Shown here: piece after piece, positions 39,101 to 52,484 of the stretch | Position numbering within the stretch: position 1 is the stretch's first letter | Layout: each line of letters opens with the position of its first letter | DNA from: Octopus sinensis | Lineage: Eukaryota | DNA: 64,000 nucleotides | NCBI RefSeq assembly: GCF_006345805.1 | Contig: NC_043012.1 | Span: 35,402,001 to 35,466,000 of the forward strand | Direction of reading: 5' to 3' | The notes under the pieces: generated by a model | What the model was told of the DNA's origin: nothing | The model's input: the letters and a program-made list of their open reading frames with translations, nothing else | Databases searched by the model: none | Program-made: the position numbers and the translations under genes

Positions 39101-39942
39101 AAGTCTCCAGACCCTTCTTCTCCTTGCTGGTCGTCTTCTGGGCATTAATTTAGCTCTGATCCTGAAGTCACTAACTACTAGTCTATGTTGTGGGGTACAT
39201 TCTTCGCCTGGGAAGGTTTTGGCATTTATAAGCAACTATCTTTCCCTTTTTCTGGTGAGGATGTAGTCAATCTGACAAGTGTGTCTGCCACAGCGGTAGG
39301 TGACTAGGTGGCTGGCAGGTGTTCTGAAGTTAGTATTGCAAACCATAAGGTCATTTGCGTCACACAACTCCAGCAGCCTAGTTCCCTCCTCATTGCGAGA
39401 GCCAAAACCGTAGCCTCCATGTATGCCATGGAAGCCCCCGTCATGTTGTTCAACATGTCCATTGAAGTCGGTCAGCCACAAAGAGAAGGTCCCTGTCATT
39501 CATCAATGCGGTAGTCTGCAACAGGGTGTCATAGAATCAGTCTTTCTGTCCATCAGGTAGCCCTGGCTGAGTGGCATAGGCTAAGATAATGATTGCTAAC
39601 CCATGATGGGGCACTAATCTAATCTTAAGTATTCTGTCGCATACTCTGACTACCTCAATTACTTTATCTACCCATTTCTCTGCAAGAAGTATACCCACAC
39701 CCCCAACCCCGTCAGTGTTCCCTCCCTAGAAAATCTTGTACCTGTGTTCTTTGCCTGTGAGGAACCTAGCAGAACCTCCTCTCCACCTTACTTCTTGGAT
39801 GCAGCACATATCAACACATCTCCGTTCAAGCATTTCAACAATCTCACCAGACCTACCTTTCAGTGTGCCGACGTTGAGAGTGCCAACCTTGAGGGTGTGG
39901 GAGGTATGGGCCCTAGAGACCCTGGGATGGGAGACAGTGGCG

Positions 39943-39985
<43 letters not shown>

Positions 39986-40240
39986 CAATGTGAGGTATAT
40001 TTGCCATCTCAATATGGCTAACCACTAAGGGTGGGTGTTACTGTAGCTTGTAGCCCCAGGAGAACATCTCCTCCAGCTGGCTATAGGCACACTTTCTGTG
40101 CCCTATCGGTATTTGCAAAGGGAGGTCATCCTTCCCTCATCAACCGAAGTGATACGCACAGACTCCAATTTCTGGGTATTGACCCGTCATCAGCGCACGA
40201 CAATCACCGGTTTTCGATGAAAGGAGTCCCAATGCAAATA
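36185..40240 (-). mobile_element. Near-full-length RTE-clade LINE (APE endonuclease plus RT), inactivated by stops and frameshifts
   Basis: APE motifs TLNVGTL..CCIQEVRW, DFNGHV and IDYILT; RT motifs NYRGIKLL, QFGFVPGKSTTDAIF, EKAFDRVPR, QGSVFSP, YADDL and FLYLG; C-terminal RGRPKKT; 3' UTR ending in a (GAT)n tail near 36185. The 5' boundary is approximate. Confidence 0.93.
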
Positions 40241-40380
40241 TTTATATCCTTTTTCCAGTAACTTTTCGTCACTGATCTTGAAAAAGTGTATACAAGCAAT
40301 AATAAATTGGAATATGTGTTAATATGATATGAAGCCAATGTAAAACCTGCTATTTTAAAGATAGCTTGTTTGCACCAGTA

Positions 40381-40650
40381 CATCATCATCATCTAACGTC
40401 CGTTTTCCGACACCGGGGTCTGAGAAGCCAGGGGCTGCACCAGGCTCCAGTCTGATCTGCCAGTGTTTCTACAGCTGGATGCCCTTCCTAATGCCAACCA
40501 CTCCGCGAGTGTAGTGGGTGCTTTTTACGTGCCACCAGCACAGGTGCCAGGGGAGTCTGGCATCAGCCACGGAAGCGAGCCAAGGCGGTGCTGGCATCGG
40601 CCACGTTCGGATGGTGCTTTTTATGTGCCACTGGCACAGAAGCCAGTCGA
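40381..40650 (-). mobile_element. Truncated RTE 3' end
   Basis: (CAT)n..aacgtccg..ctggatgcccttcct; homologous to 36185-36500. Confidence 0.8.
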
Positions 40651-40894
40651 GTGTAAATATAAATATAAACAAATGAAAGACAGGGGATGGAATATTCAAG
40701 AATACATTATTAAATACGACAATTGTTTCTACACATCGATTCTTCTTGTGTGACACTCAGCAACTGGTTCAGGAGTATCCGGTGGTGCAGACGTTTCTTG
40801 TTGGGTGATAAATAAATAAAAACAACTCGTTAAAATGACTGTTCCACAATGTACTGTTTTGTAGAGAGAAAGAAAGCCAGACACAGGAAAATTC

Positions 40895-40934
<40 letters not shown>

Positions 40935-40984
40935 ACAAAAATAAGATTGCAGAAAACAAAAAGAGTGTGATCGTTGTAATCGTT

Positions 40985-41260
40985 ACCAACATCACCTTAC
41001 TGGCACCTGTGCTGGTGGCATGTGTAAAAAGATTTGAGCGAGGTCGTTGCCAGTACCACCTGACTGGCCCCGGTGCCGGTGGCACGTAAAAGCACCCACT
41101 ACACTCAGAGTGGTTGGCGTTAGGAAGGGCATCCAGCTGTTGAAACTCTGCCAAATCAAGATTGGAGCCTGGTGCAGCCATCTGGTTTGCCAGCCCTCAG
41201 TGAAAATCGTCCAACCCATGCTAGCATGGAAAGCGGACGTTAAATGATGATGATGATGAT
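40985..41260 (+). mobile_element. Truncated RTE 3' end, opposite orientation to 40381-40650
   Basis: ..aggaagggcatccagctg..ggacgttaaa(tga)n tail. Confidence 0.8.
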
Positions 41261-41571
41261 GAAAAAGAGAAACGAACACTTAATCCAGTGAGAAAAGTAT
41301 TGAAAACAGATATGGATGTATAAACGCCCTCAGGCAAGCTGCATCGCACGAGTACACCCACTCCTACAAGCATTAGCAAAAATGTGAGCATATGCACACG
41401 CAAGGCTAGGTGCACTCAGGATTACAAAGCGAGTTAGTTATTTAACAGGTGTTTAGAAGAACAAGGAGGTTAAGAGTAAACTTATGTCACCCATACCTTA
41501 AAGTAAAATAAAATTGCACTAAGTTAACGGTTACTCAAAATTCATTCTCACTGCATTTCAATATAATAAAG

Positions 41572-41727
41572 ATAAGGAAATAATTTTATTCTCAACTGCA
41601 GGGTAATGCTAATAATATAGCATGAACAGGATAAACTATCCATATTCCTGCAAAATATGGATGATTAATCCTGTTCATGCTATGTTATTAGCATTATCCT
41701 GTGTTTGAGAATAAAATATTTCCTTAT
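41572..41727. repeat. Imperfect inverted repeat (~75-bp arms, 7-nt loop)
   Basis: ..gggtaatgctaataatatagcatgaacaggat.. against ..atcctgttcatgctatgttattagcattatcc.. Confidence 0.85.
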
Positions 41728-41864
41728 TTTTCAATACATTTCAACTCTTCTAAAGAAAATTTTGTTTGTTAACTTTCAACAAAAGTTGAATTTAATATTA
41801 TATATATATATATATATATAATATATATATATGATGATATATATATGTATGTACGTATGTATAT

Positions 41865-42094
41865 GGCAGCAAGCTGGCAGAATCGTTAGCGCGCAGGGCA
41901 AAATGCTTAGCGGTATTTCGTCTGTCGTTACATTCTGAGTTCAAATTCTGCCGAAGTCGGCTTTACCTTTCATCCTTTCGGGGTCGATAAATAAAGTACC
42001 AGTTTCGCACTGGGGTCGATGTAATCGACTTAATCCCTTTGTCTGTCCTTGTTTGTCCCCTCTATGTTTAGCCCCTTGTGTGCAGTAAAGAAAT
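41865..42094 (+). mobile_element. SINE family A
   Basis: Full copy. Confidence 0.88.
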
Positions 42095-42224
42095 ATATAT
42101 ATAAATATATAAATAATTAATTAACAATATCAAAGGGTAATCAGAAATATTTGAAATTTCCATTACCAGTGGCCTAGCATGTAAAAAAATTTAGTCAATA
42201 GACTATATATTATTCGTTTAAATA

Positions 42225-42468
42225 CAGTGTACATTTAAACACATAAGAGGTATCCCTCATAGGATTCCTTGCATGCTAAAAAGGACAGTTAAATTCCAAA
42301 CCACTATTAGGGATAAAGTTTCGAAGGAAATTAAAGATAATGGTAAATGTTTTTATTTTTCATTCCCTTCAAAACTTTATCCCTAATAGCGGTTTGGAAT
42401 TTAACTGTCCTTTCTAGCGTGCAAGGAATCCTATGATGGATACCTCTTATGTGTTTAAATGTGCACTG
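42225..42468. mobile_element. 244-bp Tc1/mariner-type MITE with ~100-bp TIRs
   Basis: TA|CAGTGTACATT ... AATGTGCACTG|TA; about 6 mismatches between arms. Confidence 0.8.
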
Positions 42469-42472
42469 TATT

Positions 42473-42519
<47 letters not shown>

Positions 42520-43378
42520 GTATATAAGAAACTAAAATGACAAGTGAATAAGAAATTGTGAAATGAACTTCATAGGCTTACAGCTGTTTCTGCTATAAGA
42601 TGAAATGCACTTATAGTTGAGTGCTTAGTGACATTTCATCCGTCTTTACATCCTGAGTTCAAATTCTTCTGAGGTTGACTTTGTCTTTCATCCTTTTGGG
42701 GTTGGTCAAATAAGTACCAGTCAAGTACTCGGGGTTGATGTAATCAACTGTCCTTCCTTCAGAGGCTGCAGGCTCTGTGCCAAAATTTGAAACCATTGTT
42801 ATTACTAAGGTGGAAAGCTGGCAGAATTCTTAGCATCCCAGATCAAACTGCTTAATGGCATTTCATCTATCTCTATGTTCTGAGTGTAAAGTCTGCTAAG
42901 GTCAACTTAGCTATTCGTGTTTTCAGAGTCAATAAAATAAGTACCAGTTATGCACGGGGATCAGTATGACAAACCCACTCCTAAAATATCAGACCTTGTA
43001 CCTATAACAGAAAGGATTATTATTATTTATTAATTAATTAATTAATTAATTACTAACAGAAGCAGTATTAGTACCAAAGGATAATCTTTATAGCCAACTT
43101 AATGTGGGTGTCTTGTTAGAATACAAAATCTTTGAGAGATCTTCTCTTATAGCGGCTTGCTGTATAAAAGCTCACTCCTAGATCGTAGCAGATGAGAATC
43201 ACCGGTCATGGGCACTGGAACTCTATGTGAATGCTTTTATGCACCAAGCCCCCATATGGGAGAATCTCTCAAGGCTAACAATGCAGTATTTTGTGTTCTA
43301 ACAATACGTCCGTCCGTGTTAAGTTGGATGTAAAGATTTGTGGTTTTTGTTGTTTAATTGTTCTTTCTTCTGATTCAG

Positions 43379-43491
43379 ACCTTGAACTCCATGAATACCA
43401 GTTGTCAGGGGTGAACTGGTTGCTGTCACAATACTACAACAAACATGGCTGTATCCTTGGAGATGAAATGGGTCTCGGCAAAACCTGCCAG
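43379..43491 (+). CDS. CHD1L: CHD1L exon 2 ([38 protein letters not shown]): Q motif and Walker A
   Basis: Acceptor ttctttcttctgattcag, donor CAG|GTAACC, 113 nt. [15 protein letters not shown] is characteristic of CHD1L. Confidence 0.95.
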
Positions 43492-44045
43492 GTAACCTTG
43501 ATGTCTTCCTCTTCTTGCATATTTGTTTGTTTGTTCCTTTGCACTAACCGAGTCTACTTCCAACCATTGACCCTTGGGAAGATACATCCAAGGCTAAGAT
43601 CTGAATGAAGGGCTGTAATGCCAATTGTGAAGAACTTGGGACACTGGTGACGGAATGTGTCAGTCTCATGTGGAAGTTGTTGTTGATAGATGAGGAGGAA
43701 GTGGAGGGGGATGGCAGTGAAAGCGATGATGATGATGGTGGTGGTGGTGGTGGTGGTGGCTGTGGTGATGGTTGGCAGCAACGGTGGTGATTGTTATCAT
43801 TATTATTATTTATTTCCTTCCATCTGTTCTCCATGTCAGTTCAGGTAGAACCTTAACGATGTCAGATTTAATCATCTAAATACTTGAATCTGTTAATTAC
43901 TTTACTTGACAGTCAGTTGTTGTTTAGTTCCATGTCTTTCCTGATTGACCTATAATCAAAGGTGTTCCGACTATGACCATCCAGTTTTATTTTCAGTCAT
44001 GGTGTATCTAGTACTACATCATCATATGTCACCTGCTTTGTTAAA

Positions 44046-44646
44046 CCCTTCTGATACCAACCTGGCTGAAACCGTCTCCGGCTCTGTAGTACTCTTTTAC
44101 TCTTTTCAGTCATTTGACTGCGGTCATGCTGGAGCACTGCCTTTAGTCGAGCAAATCTACCCCAGGACTTATTCTTTGTAAGCCTAGTACTTATTCTATT
44201 GGTCTCTTTTGCTGAACTGCTAAGTTACACCAGCATTGGTTGTCAAGCAATGTTGGGGGAACAAACACACACACACAAACACACACACACGTATATATAT
44301 ACATATACATATATACGACAGGTTCTTTCAGTTTCTGTCTACCAAATTCACTCACAAGGTTTGGTCGGCCCGAGGGTATAGTAGAAGACACTTGCCCAAA
44401 GTGCCACGCAGTGGGACTGAACCCGGAACCATGTGGTTGGGAAGCAAGCTACTTACCACACAGCCACTCCTAAATGTCTTCTTTACATAAGTTCTGAATT
44501 AAAATCTTCCACCAAACCTTAATCACAATTTATGATCTTAACCCTAGCTTAATGATAACTAAGTTATTTTACTAAACTCTTTGTTATGTTTAAAATTAAT
44601 TGAAAGAAACACAGAGCATCTCAAAATAAATACATTAATGAAAGGG
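44046..44646. mobile_element. piggyBac-type MITE interrupted by a minus-strand family B SINE (~44095-44470)
   Basis: CCCTTCTGATACC...TAATGAAAGGG|TTAA; internal sequence is the reverse complement of 59073-59288. Confidence 0.7.
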
Positions 44647-45193
44647 TTAAGGTAGTTGGCAGCTATTTTTAGCAGGTTGAGCAACCACATGGTAGTAGTA
44701 GTAGTGGTGGTGGTGGAGATGGTTTGGGGAGGAGGTGGGGGATTACATATTAGTGATTTTATTATGGTGTTACGATACTATGTTGGTTTGTTGTACATTG
44801 TAAGGAGGAAAGGGCCTGGTTACCTGGGGTGGGTGAGTGAGTGCTAGTGGTCAAAAAAGGAATTACTGACCATACAAATGTCCAAAGTAAAACTATCTGG
44901 ACAATTTCCTGATTATCTCCACCATCATCATCATCATCAGTTTAGCATTTCCCCTGTGCCAGTGCAGATTGTGCCAGTCTGCGATACAGACTGTGTTACC
45001 ATGATTCTCAAAAAGTCTTTCAAAATATAAACCAACAATTCTGAATGGTTTGTATTACTGATCTCAGAATCATCCAAACAGGGGTTTCTGTTAAAATTGT
45101 CCATTCCCTTTAAAGCCCATACCAAGGATTCTAACAACAGGAGGAAATATGCTGATGTAGATGAGTGATTCCAAAGCAACAGGTGGCAAGCAA

Positions 45194-45243
<50 letters not shown>

Positions 45244-45489
45244 ATATATATAATCATCGTTTAACATCCAACTTCCATACTGGCATGAATTGGACAGCTT
45301 CACAGGAGCTGGCCTGGCAACAGACTTCTCTGTCTCTTTTGACTGGGTTTTTATGGCTGGATGCCCTTCTTAACACCAACCACCCAGCAGAATGGACTGA
45401 GTGCTTTTTACGTGGCACAAGCACAAGCAAGGTCAGTTTGGTATGGTTTTCATAGCTGGATGCCCTTCCAAACACCAACCACTTCTAAG

Positions 45490-46340
45490 TGGCACCAACA
45501 CTGGTAGGGTTACCAAGTAACTTGCAAGATAAAGAATCTTTGAGAGGGGAGGGGGCGTTGGAAGAGGGGACCTTGTATCAAGTGATGAAAGGTTATAGTG
45601 AGATAGAGAGAAACAGGTGTCTTGCTGTAGGAGGAGGTAGATGATTAGAGGGAGGGAGTGAGAGAGAAAAATGAGGACCGAAGCAGGTGTGCTGCTGTAA
45701 AGGAAATACATGGTTACCCAGCCTGAGGGAAGGGCAGGAGGAGAGAGAGAGAGGAAGATGGCAGGACTGCAGGAAGGAACAGGAGAGAGATGGTGGCAAA
45801 ATTTTGGACATACTCACATAGGACAGGATCAGAATATAAACGGGATGGTCAAATAAAAGAGAAGAGAGAGAGTGTCAGGGCATATCCTTGAAGTACGGGG
45901 ATCACAATGTAAGTGGCAGGGCATTGCTAAAGGAGCATGAGTAGAGAGTGGGGGAGGGGAATGGAGTGGTGGAAACCTTGGTATGTAGAGGAGATGGGGC
46001 TGCTGGATAGCAATGGTACAGTGAACAGGGCTGTGAGGACAGGATTGGAGAGTGAGAGGTAAGCATAGTGCATGAAAGAGATGTGAGGAAGAGAAGAGAT
46101 GTAGTTTGGTTTGTTGGGGTGGGGCATGTGGAAAGTCTTCTTGTTATGTGTGGGTGGAATACAGTGTTTCTGGAACTCTGACGTGGGTGGGTCTTCTCAA
46201 GAACTTCATATCACCAGGCATCTTAGTCCATTATCATTTCCTCCGTGAGATCCAACAGCCTCGTATCAGTCCTCACCACTTTGTCTCATGTCCTCCTTGG
46301 TCTCCCTCTTCTGTCGGTACCCCACACTTTCAGTGATCAC
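45490..46340 (-). mobile_element. Probable old LINE 3' fragment (purine-rich + strand)
   Basis: Related degenerate segments at ~25580-25830, 33380-33620 and 58800-58930. Clade not established. Confidence 0.3.
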
Positions 46341-46344
46341 TCTT

Positions 46345-46379
<35 letters not shown>

Positions 46380-47000
46380 CTACTGAGTGGTTGGTGTTAG
46401 GAAGGGCATCCAGCTGTAAAAATCCTGCCAAAACAGAAGTTTGGTACAGGCTTCTGCTTGGCCAGCTCCTGATAAACCATCCCAGCCATGTGAGCATGGA
46501 AGGAGGATGTTAAACGATGATGATGATATACACACATATGTATATGCATGTATATGTATGTATATGCATGTATATGTATGTATATACACGTATATGTATG
46601 TATATACACGTATATGTATGTATATACACATATATGTATGAATATACACGTATATGTATGTATATACACGTATATATATATATAGACACACACATATATA
46701 CATTGTTGTTGTTTGTTCCTTCTCAAGCCATGCCTGGCTCATAAGGGCCAGTTTCCTGGTGTATAGGTTCCCCACCTGGACGTGATGCTGGTCCATTGCA
46801 GATGAGCCGCTAGATGCAGGAGGAAAGAGTGAGAGAAAGTTGTGGTAAAAGAGTCCAGCAGAAGTTCACCATTGCCTTCTGCCGGAGCTACATGGAGCTT
46901 AGGTGTTTTGCTCATAAACACACACATTGCCCGGTCTGAGATTCGAACTCTCGATCCCTCAACTGCAAGTCTGCTGCTCTAACCACTAGTCCATGTGCCT

Positions 47001-47045
<45 letters not shown>

Positions 47046-47390
47046 ATCCAGACAAAAAAACACAACAACATGAGGACGTGGAACAAATATTGTATTATTG
47101 CACGCTAAGGGAAGAAGGAGGGTTTAACATTTCAAGTGGAGCTCTTTGTTGGAAACATAGGGGAAGGAATGATCCCGAGAAGGGAAGACAGGAAAAAAAT
47201 CGCCAACGGTACACACAAGGTCACATTTTGAAAAAAAAAATATATATATATATGTACGTATGTATATATATATATGTATGTATGTATATATATATGTATG
47301 TATGTATATATATATATGTATGTATGTATATATGTATATGTATGTATATATATATATATATGTATATATATGTATGTATATATATATATG

Positions 47391-47428
<38 letters not shown>

Positions 47429-47896
47429 TATATATATGTGTGTGTGTATATATATTGTTAGTGAACTCTGGTCATTGTTTTGATGTGTGAGGCTGTAGCA
47501 GGACGCAGCTGTCCACTCTTCTTTGTTGTTTCTTGCTGGAATTGAAACACATCTGGATTTTGCATTTCCACTTCCATAATATATATACACACACACATAC
47601 ATATATACATGCACAGACACACGCACATGCACATCTGTGCATACACACAGTTCAAAAGTAAATAGACCCCTTGCCCCTTCCTTACTGATCTGTGTGAACA
47701 CTATTCATTAGTACGATGGCCAAACAAGTTAAATGATTAAAAAACTACACAAAGACTTCTACTAAAACCTAGATTAAGTATTTAAATACATCAAACGACA
47801 TTATTTGTGTTTCTAGAAACAAATATTTCAAAATGAAGCTATTTACTTTTGGGATCATGCCTGGGCAAAGAAGTTCAGACACCTTTTGCCCCTGGT

Positions 47897-48755
47897 GGTG
47901 ACAAAGGGCCTCTCACTCAGAGTGAAAGGTAGATTGTATGATGCAAGTGTGTGAACTGCCATGCTTCACGGCAGTGGAACATGGGCCTTAACTGCCAAAG
48001 ACATGCGTAGGCTCAAAAGAAATGAAGCTAGCACGATCCGCTGGATGTGCAATGTCAGTGTGCACTCACGACAGAGTGTAAGCGCCCTGAGAGAAATGTT
48101 GGACATAAGAAGCAACGGATGTGATGTGCAAGAGAGACGTTTGCGTTGGTATGGTCATGTACAACGGATGGATGAGGAGAGATGTGTGAAGAAGTGCCAC
48201 TCCCAAACAGTTTAAGGAATTTGGGGTAGAGGGAGACCCAAGAAGACATAGGATGCAGTAGTGAAGCATGACCTTCAAATGTTGGGCCTCGCAGAGGAAA
48301 TGACGAAAGACAGAGACCTCTGGAGATATGCCTGTGACTGAGAAGACCCGGCAAATAAAGTGAGTTCTCAGCTCTAATCTATCCCAGTGTCACATAACCA
48401 GCCCACTCAAAAGCACTTTGGATCGTAGGGTGACATGCTGTGCTTGAGGAGACCTATTGAGTCAAGTACATCAACATCAAATGGAAATTGTAGTTGTGGT
48501 CCCCATGCTGGTGGCATGTAAAAAGCACCATCCAAATGTGGTTGATGCCAGCTCCCTCTGGCCCCTGTATCGGTGGCACGTAAAAAGCACCCACAAAACA
48601 CTCTCAGAGTGGTTAGTGTTAGGAAGGGCATCCAACTGTAGAAACATTGCCAGATCAGACTGGAGTCTGGTACAGCCTCCTGGCTTTCCAGACCCCAGTC
48701 GAACTGTCCAACCCATGCCAGCATGGAAAACGGACGTTAAACAACAATGAGGATG
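47897..48755 (+). mobile_element. 5'-truncated RTE LINE (C-terminal ORF plus 3' UTR)
   Basis: MLHGSGTWALTAKDMRRLKRNEASTIRWMC..ERRLRWYGHVQRMDEERCVKKCH, continuing into the same 3' UTR and tail as the 36-40 kb copy. Confidence 0.88.
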
Positions 48756-48801
48756 ATATATATATATATATATATATATATGATAATAATAATAAGAATT
48801 G

Positions 48802-49070
48802 ATTAAGCAAACGGAAGATGGAATTGGTATAACACTTCATTTTGTACAACGATTGTTTTGACCCATCCCACAGCTGTCCTTTACAGGTGAGATGCTGTGC
48901 ATCACATCATGTTGCATATGAATGTACTTGATGTGACCCAGCCTGCAACATTGATGTTAACACAATATGAGGCACAGCATCCCACCTATAGAGGACAGTT
49001 GTAGGATGGGTGGAAACGTTCCTCATACAAATGAAAAAGTTACACCAATTCCATCTCCTGTTTACTTAAT
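48802..49070. repeat. Old foldback/MITE-like inverted repeat (~110-bp arms)
   Basis: gatggaattggtataac..acccatcccacagctgtcc..gatgctgtgc against gcacagcatc..ggacagttgtaggatgggt..gttacaccaattccatc. Confidence 0.75.
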
Positions 49071-49211
49071 TGATTATCATCTCAATTAACACTACTGCAT
49101 TCCTGAAGCAGATCCAACGGAAATATACCCCAACTATGGATACCACCAGGTAGCCCCAAACTGTACCAGTGCTTTACTCAACACTTCAACACACTAACTG
49201 ATGCATATATG

Positions 49212-49275
<64 letters not shown>

Positions 49276-50794
49276 TTTTATTATTATTTTGCAATTTACT
49301 TAATCATCGGTATATTATTGTTATTTTAATTTAAATATTTCTATTATATGTAATTTTCTAGATGGTGTAATTTAATTGTTCATTTTGAATTGATAAAAGG
49401 TGGTTTTTTTCTAATTTATATATATATATATTATATTTAATGAAATTTGATTTAGTATTTCTAGATTGAATTTTTCCCTGTATGTTAGGAATAATAGTCC
49501 CTCAAATAATTATTATATATATATATATATATCTTCAATTTGTTTCCAGAGAAACGTTTTGAATATGCAAAGAAAGCTCCTACTCCTTTATGCTGGCCAC
49601 AGTCTGATTGTGCTGACTGGAGAACCAGTTTTTTGGGATTGCATCAAGCTGTACCGATATAATTTAGGGTAAATACAGCAATGATAACAATAATCCCTGG
49701 ATGGAATTTATTAACATTAAATGTTTATAAAGTCCATCCAAGGATTATTGGTATTATTACTGTATATGAGGATGAATCTAAGATTTTTAGGGGTGGGGGG
49801 CAGTTTTTTTTCCAAAATTCAACAATTGGTGGTTATTTTAATCAGTATACTCTAATTAGATTAATTAATTTTCCAACCATTTCCAGGCTGATTCCTTCAA
49901 CAACTTTATTTTATCTTTGGAGATTCACCATTTTTTTTTTGATATTCTGTTAAAAATGATTCCATCTTATTCAATATGGAAATGTTTTCTGTCCTATTTC
50001 TTTGTGCAGTTGAAATAGGAACTGTATGAAGCTGTGATGGTCACTCTCTGCAGTTGCTTGATTTGCTCAGCGTAGCAGCCGGATCTGCTTCATTGCACTT
50101 CTGGCTTCTCCAACCGTGTTGTGTATGTCCCCTTGTGTTGACCTCATGTGAGGGTTCTAAAGAAGTGCCACCAGCAGACAAGTGATGTTGTTTGTTTCTA
50201 GTCTCCTGTAGAAAATACTTCTGGCCTAGGGGAAAACATTACGTTGCTTGGAAACAGGTAAGGGTTGGTGACAGGAAGGGCATCTGGCATTTAGAGAATC
50301 TGTCAACAATCTCCTTTCAGTCGATGCAAGCATGGAAAAGTGAATGGGGTGATGATGATGATGATACACTCACCCCAAACACACACACAGACACACTCTC
50401 TCTCTCCCTCTCCCTCTCCAGCCAGGTTACCTTGTACCTCCTCTACAGCAAGATTCTGTCTCATCTAACCTTTCATCTGACACAAGAGCCATTCCTCCAT
50501 GCCCCCTCCTCCTCTCAAAACATTTTTGTCTTGCAAGTACTTGGTGACTCTGTCTGTGCAGGTGCCACTTAAAAAGCATCCAGTCCACACCGTACCGTAA
50601 AGTGGTTGGTACTTGGAAGGACATCCACCTGTAAACCTTGCTCCAGGACTGATCTTGTCTGTGCCACATAAAAAGCACTTGGTCCATTTTGCTGGGTTGT
50701 TGGTTTAAGGAAGGACATCCAGCTGGCAAAACCCTGCCAAAACAGTCACAGAAGTCAAGATCAGGCTTCTTCCTGGCCAGCTACTGTCAAACCT

Positions 50795-51020
50795 ATTTCT
50801 TTACTTCCCACAAGGGGCTAAACACAGAGAGGACAAACAAGGACAGACACACGGATTAAGTCGATTACATTGACCCCCAGTGCGTAACTGGTACTTATTG
50901 AATCGACCCCGAAAGGATGAAAGGCAAACTCGACTTTGGCAGAATTTGAACTCAGAACGTAACGGCAGACGAAATACTGCTAAGAATTTCGCCCAGCGTG
51001 CTAACGATTCTGCCAGCTCT
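50795..51020 (-). mobile_element. SINE family A inserted into an RTE 3' end
   Basis: Reverse-complement copy flanked by ctactgtcaaacc and ccatccatgccagcatgg. Confidence 0.85.
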
Positions 51021-51239
51021 CCGTTCCATCCATGCCAGCATGGAGGACAGACGTTGATGATGATGATGATGATACAGTAGGCTCCTGTCAGTTTTTGTAT
51101 ATGAAATCCTCTGACAAGGCTTTGATCAGCCATGTGAGTGGATTTGGTGGACAGCTGTTGCAGGAGAGACTTGCCCAAGGTGTTGCACAGTGGGACATAA
51201 CATGAGACTGTGGAAAGCAAGCTCCACAGGACCACCCCA

Positions 51240-51270
<31 letters not shown>

Positions 51271-52484
51271 TATATATAAAGAGAGAGAGAGATGTTCAGC
51301 TTTTGGTTTTGCAGAAAATTTAATAACAGCCTGGTATCTTGTTATCAGGATGTCAAGGGGGTGATATCTGTGTCTGTTGCCAGGGAAACTGTTTTATCCT
51401 GAATCTGTTGCTGTGTATTCTCTCTAATCAAACATTTCACTTCTGAATTAGAAGAAAACTGAGTGTGTGGAGCCATGATGACAATGTTGAAAGATGATTG
51501 TGATAAGGAGCAGGATGATGATGATGATGATGATTGTGGTTATGATGATAATGGTGTTGGTTTGGCGAGACACCAGAGAAGCCAGTGTCAAGTTTTCATT
51601 GCTCATAGAATTGGTTCAGTACTTTTTCTTCGTTGAAGAAACTACAGAATGGTTTATCTGGAAAGAGTTAACCAATTCAAAAACTGATTAAGGAATTTCG
51701 ACAAATTCAATAAACGAGAAACTGTTGAATAGGAAACAGGAAATAAGTTGGGAAAGTAGGTTGGAAGTTCTTACAGTGAATTTCTTCTAGCTTTAGAGAG
51801 AGAGAGAGAAAAAAATATTAAAACAAAAATCTTTTGATATCTTTTTAATCTGTTAAATATGTTGAACGTTTTAAAGTGCTGAAGTTGTAAGTATATCAGG
51901 CCTTTACTTGCCTGACACAGCTGCTGGCTTCCTCCTAAGCTTGGCCTCTGCTGAAAACTTGGTTCCAGCTGCTTTAAATGGATTTCTAGATTAATAAATA
52001 GTTAGCAATATAGAATGTTTGATTTTTAGACAAGATAGTTCATCATCATCATTTGTACGTCTGCTTTCCATGCTGGCTTGAGTTAGATGGAGCATTACAA
52101 CCTGAGTCCTTACTGGGAGCTGTTGCTCTCATAGTCTGGGGTTCATATCTATCACTTTTTAAGTTCGTTTCTATAGCTGGACACCCTTTCTATTGTCAGT
52201 CACTTTACAGAGTTGTGCCAGCCCTAGAAGGATTATAACCCCTCCACAAGACAACATTGATGGGACCTCAAACCCTTATTTTCTTCACCCATCTGCCATT
52301 CACTCCACAGTATGGACTGACTGCATTTCCATGACACCAATGCTAGAGAAGTTGATAAACCTCACACCTTCTCCATTCATTTACCATTCACTTTGCAACA
52401 TGCACCGACCATGTTTTATTGTGGCACCATCATTAGAGAGGTTGTCAAGTTCTGCAATTTAATTTCATGTTTTTTTTTCCACAG

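Noticed and set aside
46925-47000. tRNA-like sequence on the minus strand (A and B boxes, GCA triplet)
   Set aside because: Acceptor and anticodon stems do not pair; it is a SINE head.
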